DNA of 64,000 nucleotides from Candidatus Saccharicenans sp. (GTDB taxonomy: Bacteria; Acidobacteriota; Aminicenantia; Aminicenantales; Saccharicenantaceae). Made by a program: the position numbers and the translations under genes. The notes beneath the pieces were generated by a model. That model had not been told where the DNA came from. It worked only from the letters and a program-made list of their open reading frames with translations, and searched no databases. Positions 57,032 to 64,000 of the stretch are shown piece after piece. Every line of letters starts with the position of its first letter. Positions within the stretch are counted from its first letter, which is position 1. The DNA lies in contig JARYMJ010000002.1 in NCBI GenBank assembly GCA_029907135.1, positions 10,897 through 74,896 on the forward strand. The letters are read 5' to 3'.

Positions 57032-59221
57032 TCAGACTCTCCACCAGTAGGAGAATTTAACGAAATAATAGCGGCCGACAGTTCGGTAGCCGGTCTCCGG
57101 CAGCCATTCCCGGTGGTTTTCCACTCCCAGGTAGAAGCAGGTACCCGGGTTGAGCTCATAACCGATGAGCCCGCTCAGAAAAATTGTCCGGTAGTAGCTG
57201 TCGTAATCGGTGATGGTCCTGACAAACAGGCTCCGGCTGAACTGAAAATTAATCCGCTGACTGAGGATAGTCACCCTATAAACCAGGGGGCCGCGGCGCG
57301 ACTCGTAAAAATTAAGGTCTTCCAGACGCGAGGTGAGCACCAGGTTTTCCACCGGCCGGAAATTGAGCTCCCCTTGGAGCGACCGGCTGAAGCCCAGGTA
57401 TGGCTGCTCATCATAATAGATGGAGGAACCAACGCTGCCGCCTACCCGGCCGCTGAGCCACGCCAGCGGGGCCGAGAACAGACTGAACCTGAATTGCTTG
57501 GGCTTGAGGTCAACCCCGTTATACTTTTCAAAGGTGTCGCTGTAATTGAGAAAAAGAAAGCTCTGACGCCAGCCGCTTATCATCAGTGAGTAATCAACGT
57601 CAAGATCGGTCAACATACCACTGTAATCATAAATGCGGCGGTAGGAAATCGAAGGAGTCACCGAGATGAGGTAATCGTTCTCCGGGAGAAAGCTGTAGCC
57701 GGCCCTGAGGTTGAGAGAATGGATATCCTTCCTTCGCAGGAACCCCAGCCCGGCTTCAAACTCCGGGTGGACGCTGAACCAGTTGAGGGAAAAATTTAAG
57801 TGCCGGTCCTGGTGGTCGAAACCGAGATGCCAGGCCGGAGCCAGGGCCGTTTTTAATCCCTCTACCCGGCTTCTGGAACCAACTAATTGAAAGGCCAGCC
57901 GGTTGGTCTGAGTAATCTTGAACTGCCCGTCCATTCCCACCAGTCGATTATAATCAGAAAAAAGGGAGGACCCGACCAGACCCATTTCTTTATCAGCGGC
58001 GATAAAACCCAGGTAGGATTCAGAAAACAGGTCCTGCCGCAGGCGCAGCACATTATTCCAGGAACGGTAAGAGGTCAGTTCATCGAGCTCCGGGGCTCCG
58101 GGGATTTCAATGGCCGCGGGCCGGTCATCCAGGGCTGACATCACTCCGAAGCTGGTGTTTCCGAGCTTGCCGGTGACCTTGGCCGCCCAGACCGGGGAAA
58201 CAATCTTCCGGGAATAGAGAAGCTCAAACGGGGTATCAAAGATATCCTTGCCTTCCAGGAAAAAAGGCCTTTTTTCTGGATAATAAAGGGGGTAGCGCTG
58301 GTTGACTTCATTCTGGGGAATATCGGCTTCTATCTGACTGAAATCCGGGTTGAGAGCCAGGTCGGCGGTGACGTCCGAGGTAATCCCGTACTTAATGTTG
58401 GCCCCGAGCTCCGGCCGGAATTTATCGGCCAGGGCTTTGCCCCCCACCACCGCCGGCAGCAGCTCTAGGTTTTTGCCCCGCACCAGGTCCCGGTCGAGGC
58501 TCAGCTGCCCGGCTTGAATTAGAAGCCCGTTAATGTTCCGCGAACGAGGCGGCCAGTACAGGTCCTCATTTTTTCGGGGAATCTGGCGGCGGAGAATCAG
58601 CCCCCAGGATTGAACTTTCCTGTTGGGGAATCTCAGGGTCTTAAACGGTATGGCTATTTCTACCACGTAACCCCGGTCGGTAGTTCTGGCCGCAGACAGA
58701 AAATAGCCATTCCAGTTGCGGTCAATCCGGTCAAAACTCTCACTGCGGCCACGGTTGCGTCGGGGATTGGCTTCCACATAAATTCCATCAACCTGCACCC
58801 CCCGGGCATTGGCCTCGAAGACAAAAGCCCGCCTCCGGTCGTTAAAGGTATCGAGATAAACCGAAACCTTATCGTCACCCTGGACCCGGTCCCGCTGGCA
58901 GAGAGTACAGCGGATATCAGCCGGCCTGGAGTCAAGGCACTCGAAAGCGATATAGAAATTCTCGCGGTCAAAACCCAGGAATACGGTCGTCTGCTCAGTG
59001 GGTGGGGCCCCTTCCTGGGGCTCGTATTGCACAAACTCCCGGATAACAGTTGCTCCCAGCCACTCCGGGTTCCCCAGGATTCCGTCAATCTGAGGTGGCT
59101 TGGCCAGGAGCCCGGGCTTAATCTCAGGGCTGCCGGGCGAAGCGAAAGAAGGAGAAAGGCAGAGCCAGAAAACCAGAGCGGTAATGGCTGACAGTGGCCG
59201 AAGCGGGTTTCTGGGAGACAC
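57032..59221 (-). CDS. CBM9-like + DUF5916-type outer-membrane protein
   Basis: Signal peptide; PPQIDG.L..EW, EIAIPFKTLRF, NPDFSQIEAD, YPEKRPFFLEG; C-terminal FVKFSYWWRV. Confidence 0.8.
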   Translation of the reverse strand: MSPRNPLRPLSAITALVFWLCLSPSFASPGSPEIKPGLLAKPPQIDGILGNPEWLGATVIREFVQYEPQEGAPPTEQTTVFLGFDRENFYIAFECLDSRPADIRCTLCQRDRVQGDDKVSVYLDTFNDRRRAFVFEANARGVQVDGIYVEANPRRNRGRSESFDRIDRNWNGYFLSAARTTDRGYVVEIAIPFKTLRFPNRKVQSWGLILRRQIPRKNEDLYWPPRSRNINGLLIQAGQLSLDRDLVRGKNLELLPAVVGGKALADKFRPELGANIKYGITSDVTADLALNPDFSQIEADIPQNEVNQRYPLYYPEKRPFFLEGKDIFDTPFELLYSRKIVSPVWAAKVTGKLGNTSFGVMSALDDRPAAIEIPGAPELDELTSYRSWNNVLRLRQDLFSESYLGFIAADKEMGLVGSSLFSDYNRLVGMDGQFKITQTNRLAFQLVGSRSRVEGLKTALAPAWHLGFDHQDRHLNFSLNWFSVHPEFEAGLGFLRRKDIHSLNLRAGYSFLPENDYLISVTPSISYRRIYDYSGMLTDLDVDYSLMISGWRQSFLFLNYSDTFEKYNGVDLKPKQFRFSLFSAPLAWLSGRVGGSVGSSIYYDEQPYLGFSRSLQGELNFRPVENLVLTSRLEDLNFYESRRGPLVYRVTILSQRINFQFSRSLFVRTITDYDSYYRTIFLSGLIGYELNPGTCFYLGVENHREWLPETGYRTVGRYYFVKFSYWWRV

Positions 59222-59238
59222 CCGGTCGTCTCTCCGTT

Positions 59239-60810
59239 TTAATCCTGGACGGTAAAATCAACCAGCTTCATGTTGCGGTTTTTAAGACTAAGGCCCAGAG
59301 CTCTCTCCAGGTTGGCCAGGGAAATGTTGTAGTCGATGATGGATTTGAGTTCGGTGGCCCGAGCATTGGCCAGGTCTCTCTGGTACATGAGGACTATATA
59401 GTTGGTGCTCTGACCGACTTTCAGCTTTTCTTCTTCGGCCGCCAGTTTCTTTTCCTGCAACTCTCGGGCTACCCGGTAGGCCTGAACTCTTTTCAGGTTG
59501 GCTTCGACATCACGCAGGGCGGTTTTGATTTCCAGGAGAGCCTGCTGTTCCTGGCGTTTCATGTTGAGCAGGGCCTGCTCCAGGTTGATTTTGGCCTGGG
59601 CGTAGGTGGTCCTGGAGACCACGTTGCTCAGCGGTATGTTCAGGCTGAGCCCGATGGACCAGTTATTGTATTTGAAATTCAGGGCATCTTTAATGGAATC
59701 ACTTCTGGGCCCCGGGATGGTCCCCACCACAATACCGGTCAGAGGATTATCATTCTGATAGATAATCCGGTCTCCAGAAATTCCCGGGCTCCAGTAGGAA
59801 GCGTTCAGGTTAAGTTGAGGTAATAACTGGTTTTTGGCTACCGACAGGTTGAACTGCTGGTTGCGGAGTTCAATCTGGACACTTCTCAGGTCGGGCCGGT
59901 TGGCCAGGGCGATGCTCAGGGCTTCCTCGAGCTGGATGGCTTTCTGTTCAAATCGGGGTTTATCAACAGGGATGATGGCTTCATATTGCTTTTCTTCTTC
60001 CTCACTCATGTTCATCAAGACCTTGAGCTGGTCTTCAGCGTTCTTGACGGCCAGTTCGGCCTGGATGATGTCGGCTTCCCTGGTGGCCACTTCTGATTGA
60101 GCACTTAAAATTTCGATCGGGGCCAGAGTGCCGATTTCCACCGAACGTTTATTCTTCTCCAGCAATTCCTGGGCCAGCTTCAGCGACTGCCGCCTGACTT
60201 CCAGGGTGTCGATGGCATAGGACAGTGCCCAGTAAGCTTGTTCCACCGAATAGACCATATCCATTAAAGTCTTTTCCAGCTGGGCCTGGGACACTTCCAG
60301 GCTGTTTCTGGCGATGATTATTTCCTTGCGGCTGATGTTATAACCGAAATTCTGGAGCAGTGGCTGGGTAAAGTCAAAGCGCAGGGTGCTGCCATAACGC
60401 GGGTTGATGGTCTGAAGCCTCTGGTTGGTGTCGTTTTTATAGGAGTCGAGGCTGATGTTCAGGCTGCCACCAAAAGGAATGGACTGAGAGATGCTGCCTG
60501 AAAGCGAATTGTATTTGGTCTGGGTGCTCTCGGCCGAGTCCAGCCAGGAATAGGAAGCGGTGTTGGTCTCTCTCTGGTTATAATTGAAGGATAGCGTGGG
60601 ATAATATTTTTCCCTGGCTTTAGACAGACTGGCCGAGGCCAGCTCCGGGCTCAACTCCTGAATGGCCACAGACAGATTATTTTTCATGGTCCGGATAATG
60701 CACTCTTCCAGGGTCAGCCGCAGGACCTTTTCTTCCTGGGCCTGAAGGCTACTGCCTGCCAGGACCAGAAATATCAAGATTAAACCCAGGCTTGTTATTC
60801 TTCTTTTCAT
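59239..60810 (-). CDS. TolC-family outer-membrane efflux protein
   Basis: Signal peptide, LTLEECI..NNL, FTQPLL, NRPDL, helical repeats. Confidence 0.88.
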   Translation of the reverse strand: MKRRITSLGLILIFLVLAGSSLQAQEEKVLRLTLEECIIRTMKNNLSVAIQELSPELASASLSKAREKYYPTLSFNYNQRETNTASYSWLDSAESTQTKYNSLSGSISQSIPFGGSLNISLDSYKNDTNQRLQTINPRYGSTLRFDFTQPLLQNFGYNISRKEIIIARNSLEVSQAQLEKTLMDMVYSVEQAYWALSYAIDTLEVRRQSLKLAQELLEKNKRSVEIGTLAPIEILSAQSEVATREADIIQAELAVKNAEDQLKVLMNMSEEEEKQYEAIIPVDKPRFEQKAIQLEEALSIALANRPDLRSVQIELRNQQFNLSVAKNQLLPQLNLNASYWSPGISGDRIIYQNDNPLTGIVVGTIPGPRSDSIKDALNFKYNNWSIGLSLNIPLSNVVSRTTYAQAKINLEQALLNMKRQEQQALLEIKTALRDVEANLKRVQAYRVARELQEKKLAAEEEKLKVGQSTNYIVLMYQRDLANARATELKSIIDYNISLANLERALGLSLKNRNMKLVDFTVQD

Positions 60811-60859
60811 GTTAACCTCCAGTTCTCTATGTTAACCATGGTTCTTTTTTCTTTCAAAA

Positions 60860-62086
60860 TCACTCGTAACGCAGGGCTTCTATAGGATCCAGCTTGGAGG
60901 CTTTCCGGGCCGGATAATAACCGAAAAAGATGCCGACCGAGGCGGCGAAGAAAAAGGCCAGCATGATGGACTCGGGGGTAACCACGGTGGTGATGTTGGC
61001 AAAAAGCGAGATATACTTCATCAACCGGGAGGCCCCCACCCCGACGATGATGCCGATCACCCCGCCGGTCACGCTGAGCACCACGGCCTCAATCAGGAAC
61101 TGCAGCAGAATATCGCGTTCGCGGGCCCCAACGGCCAGACGCACGCCTATCTCCCGGATGCGCTCGGTCACCGAGACCAGCATGATGTTCATGATGCCTA
61201 TTCCGCCCACGATCAGCGAAATGCCGGCAATCGAGCCCAGCAGGATGGTCATGATCTTGGTGGATTCGGCCGCGCTCTCGGCCACGTCGGCGATGTTCCG
61301 CACCTGGAAGTCATCCTCGGCTCCGGGGGCGATGCGGTGTCTTTCCCTCATCAGTTCTTCAATCTGCCTCTGGGCCTCGCTGGTCTTATCGGCCGAGACG
61401 GCGGCCACATCGATCGAGTTAATATAGTCAACCCCGCGCAGCCTGCGCATGACCGTGGTGTAGGGTGCGGCAATCATATCATCGCGGTTAAAAAACCCGC
61501 CCTGCTCGCCCTTGCTTTCCAGGACCCCGATAACCGTAAAAGGAATCTTATTTATCCTGATGGTCTTGCCGATGGGGTCCTCATCCTCGAACAGGTTCTG
61601 CTTGACCAGGCTGCCCAGGACGCAGACCTTGGCTCCCGAGGCCACATGGGATTCATCGAAGTAAACGCCCTCGACCACCTTCCAGTTCCTGATCTCCGGG
61701 AACTTCTCCCCCGTGCCCTGGATCTGCGTATTCCAGTTTTTGTTGGCATAGACCACCTGGGCCCTGGTGCTGATGGAAGGGGAGGTGGCCTTCACCGCGT
61801 CACAACGCTCCTCAATGGCTTTGGCATCATCCGGCTTGAGGTTGGTAAAACCGCCGAAGCCCGACTGCACGCCCCTGACGTTCCGGCTTCCCGGGTAAAC
61901 GAAGAGCAGGTTGGTACCCATGGAGGCAAACCTTTCCTCGATGCCTTTCTTGGCCCCCTCTCCGATGCTGACCATGGCAATGACCGCGGCCACGCCGATG
62001 ATGATGCCCAGGATGGTCAGGAAGGAGCGCATTTTATTACGGGCCAGGGCCCTCATTGATACTCTCAATATTCTTAAAATCTTCAT
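60860..62086 (-). CDS. MacB/FtsX-type ABC transporter permease
   Basis: RSFLTILGIIIGV, GGIGIMNIMLVSVTERIREIG, LDPIEALRYE; start ATG 62086 with SD GGAGG. Confidence 0.93.
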   Translation of the reverse strand: MKILRILRVSMRALARNKMRSFLTILGIIIGVAAVIAMVSIGEGAKKGIEERFASMGTNLLFVYPGSRNVRGVQSGFGGFTNLKPDDAKAIEERCDAVKATSPSISTRAQVVYANKNWNTQIQGTGEKFPEIRNWKVVEGVYFDESHVASGAKVCVLGSLVKQNLFEDEDPIGKTIRINKIPFTVIGVLESKGEQGGFFNRDDMIAAPYTTVMRRLRGVDYINSIDVAAVSADKTSEAQRQIEELMRERHRIAPGAEDDFQVRNIADVAESAAESTKIMTILLGSIAGISLIVGGIGIMNIMLVSVTERIREIGVRLAVGARERDILLQFLIEAVVLSVTGGVIGIIVGVGASRLMKYISLFANITTVVTPESIMLAFFFAASVGIFFGYYPARKASKLDPIEALRYE

Positions 62087-62087
62087 G

Positions 62088-62813
62088 TCATCCTCCACTG
62101 GCCGGAGCTTGGTCGCAGGCTCCCTGGGTAACTTCCTCGCCCACAATCTGGCCGTCCTTCAGGTACAGACGCCGCCTGGCGTAGGAAGCGATGACCGGGT
62201 CATGGGTCACCATGATCAGGGTGATGTTTCTTTCCTGGTTAAGCCGGCAGAAGATATCCATGATTTCGGCGCCGGTCTTGGAATCCAGGTTGCCGGTGGG
62301 TTCATCGGCCAGAATCAGAGTGGGGTCATTGACCAGGGCCCGGGCGATGGCCACCCGCTGCATCTGTCCGCCGGAGAGCTGGTTGGTCCGGTGATGCTCC
62401 CAGCCCTTGAGTCCAACCGCGGCCAGGGCGGTCATGGCCCTGTCCCTGGCTTCCTTGCTGCTGACATGAGAATAGACCATCGGCAGCTCCACGTTCTCCA
62501 GGGCGCTGGTCCGGCTGAGAAGGTTGAAGTTCTGGAAAACGAAACCTATCTTCCGGTTGCGGATGGCGGCCATCTCATCGCGGCTCAGCTTGGAAACGTC
62601 CACCCCCTCCAGGAAATACTGCCCGGAAGTCGGGCGGTCGAGCAAACCCAGGATGCTCATCAGGGTTGATTTCCCCGAACCGGAGGGTCCCATGATGGCC
62701 AGGAACTCAGAATAATTGACGCCGTAGGTGATGCCACGCAGGGCCTGAACCTGGGTTTCGCCGATCTGGTATATCCTGACGATGTTTTCGAGTCTGATAA
62801 TCTTATCGCTCAT
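62088..62813 (-). CDS. MacB/LolD-type ABC transporter ATP-binding protein
   Basis: GPSGSGKST, LSGGQMQRVAIARAL, ADEPTGNLD, VTHD. Confidence 0.95.
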   Translation of the reverse strand: MSDKIIRLENIVRIYQIGETQVQALRGITYGVNYSEFLAIMGPSGSGKSTLMSILGLLDRPTSGQYFLEGVDVSKLSRDEMAAIRNRKIGFVFQNFNLLSRTSALENVELPMVYSHVSSKEARDRAMTALAAVGLKGWEHHRTNQLSGGQMQRVAIARALVNDPTLILADEPTGNLDSKTGAEIMDIFCRLNQERNITLIMVTHDPVIASYARRRLYLKDGQIVGEEVTQGACDQAPASGG

Positions 62814-62838
62814 CTCAAGACCTGTCTTTATTACCTTA

Positions 62839-64000
62839 TTACCTTCGCGGCATCATGAAGAAAGCGCCGCCGGGAGGTCCCTGCTGGGTAGTCCGACTGC
62901 TGCTGGAACCGGTGGCGGTCATCAACCCGACTATCACTTCATCTCCCTCTTTCAGGTTATCGCTCTTTATCTCGGTAAAGGAATTATCGCTGACGCCGGT
63001 CCTGACGAAGACCACCTTGAGGTTGCCCTTCTCATCCAGCATCCAGACCCGGGAAGGCTGGCGGCGCTGGCCGCTCTGCCCGGCCTGGCCCCCGCCCATT
63101 CCGGCCCTCTGGCCCATCTGGCTGGGGTCGAACATTCTCTGTCCGCCCTGGCCGGCTCCAGGCCCGGCTTCCCCGCCGGCCTGCTGGCGTCTGGCGGCCA
63201 TTTCTTCAAAGGCCGCTCTCATTATCTTCTGCAGTTCTTCGGCCGAAAGCTCGGGTGTAAACCGCAGGGCGGCGTTGGGCACCCGCAGGACGTTTCTGGC
63301 CTCGCCGACGATGATGGAACAGGTGGCGGTCATACCCGGTAGCAACTTCAGGCTGGAGTTGTCGACATCGATGATGGCCGAGTAGCTGACCACGTTCTGG
63401 ACGGTCTGGGCCGAATAGCGGACCTGGCGGACCACTCCGTTAAAGGTTTCGTTCTGGTAGGATTCAACCGTAAACTTAACTTTCTGGCCTTCTTTCACCT
63501 TGCCCACGTCGGCTTCATCCACCAGGCATTCCACTTCCATCTTGGTCAGGTCGTTGGCAATTTCAAACAGCTTGGGAGCCTGGAAGCTGGCGGCCACCGT
63601 CTGCCCGACGTTGATGTTCCTGGAAATAACCACGCCGTCAATCGGCGAGCGAATGATGGCGTAGCTCAGGTCAACCTTGCTGGCTTCCAACTGGCTCTTG
63701 GCCTGTTCGGTGCGCGCTTCCTGGGAAATCAGGTCGGACTTGGCCTGAAGGTAATTGGCCTCGGCCTGTTCTTTTTCCTCAAAGGATATCAGGTTTTTCT
63801 CGAACAGGCTCAGGGCTCTTTCATATTTTTTCTGGGCGATTTCCAGGGCAATCTTGGCCCTTTCCAGGGAAGCCTGGGCACTCTGGTAGTTAGCTTCGTT
63901 CTGCTCGATCTTGGCCCTGAGCTGGGATTGGTCCAGTTCGGCCAGGATATCGCCCTTTTGCACCTTGGAATTAAAATCAACATAGATTTTTTCGATCTTG
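62839..64000 (-). CDS. MacA-type periplasmic adaptor subunit (5' end beyond the window)
   Basis: IRSPIDGVV, VGQTVAASFQAP, VDEADVG, LLPGMTA; Gly/Gln-rich C-terminal insertion. Confidence 0.9.
   Translation of the reverse strand, partial: KIEKIYVDFNSKVQKGDILAELDQSQLRAKIEQNEANYQSAQASLERAKIALEIAQKKYERALSLFEKNLISFEEKEQAEANYLQAKSDLISQEARTEQAKSQLEASKVDLSYAIIRSPIDGVVISRNINVGQTVAASFQAPKLFEIANDLTKMEVECLVDEADVGKVKEGQKVKFTVESYQNETFNGVVRQVRYSAQTVQNVVSYSAIIDVDNSSLKLLPGMTATCSIIVGEARNVLRVPNAALRFTPELSAEELQKIMRAAFEEMAARRQQAGGEAGPGAGQGGQRMFDPSQMGQRAGMGGGQAGQSGQRRQPSRVWMLDEKGNLKVVFVRTGVSDNSFTEIKSDNLKEGDEVIVGLMTATGSSSSRTTQQGPPGGAFFMMPRR

Noticed and set aside
57017..57589. 190-aa + strand ORF downstream of czcA
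   Set aside because: Antisense to the DUF5916-type gene's C-terminal barrel; no independent evidence.
63040..63200. GC-rich repetitive DNA in the MacA-type gene
   Set aside because: Explained by a Gly/Gln-rich low-complexity linker common in these adaptors.

Overview
Gene-dense chromosomal window from a diderm bacterium. The gene set and protein styles suggest Acidobacteriota / Ca. Aminicenantes, but that assignment is inference only. Housekeeping genes include gltX-rlmB, accA-hisS-aspS, pyrG-kdsC-like-manB-manC, the origin-associated cluster rpmH-rnpA-yidD-yidC-jag-mnmE-mnmG-parA-parB-bactofilin with a perfect parS inside the mnmG 3' end, carD-corC-smpB, and hfq-like-pdxA. Other content: a CzcCBA-type heavy-metal efflux operon, a MacAB-TolC-type operon, an M16 peptidase pair, tandem outer-membrane beta-barrel paralogs, and a GDH gene paired with a 1061-aa PEP/pyruvate-binding-domain protein. 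No CRISPR array, tRNA, rRNA, transposase or integrase was recognised. Main leads: (1) a divergent locus at 15.5-20.0 kb with a small secreted CX6C-X17-CX6C peptide, an NHL beta-propeller, a CxxC redoxin, a fused ABC exporter and a decayed pseudopilin-like ORF, a candidate undescribed secreted disulfide-peptide system; (2) a His-rich leader ORF ending IFHPPD, followed by a stem that occludes the czcC ribosome-binding site, a candidate metal-sensing arrest peptide; (3) the GDH partner with a degenerate nucleotidyltransferase tail; (4) twin orphan SmtB/CzrA-type operators in an AT-rich 880-bp gap; (5) several apparently leaderless mRNAs.
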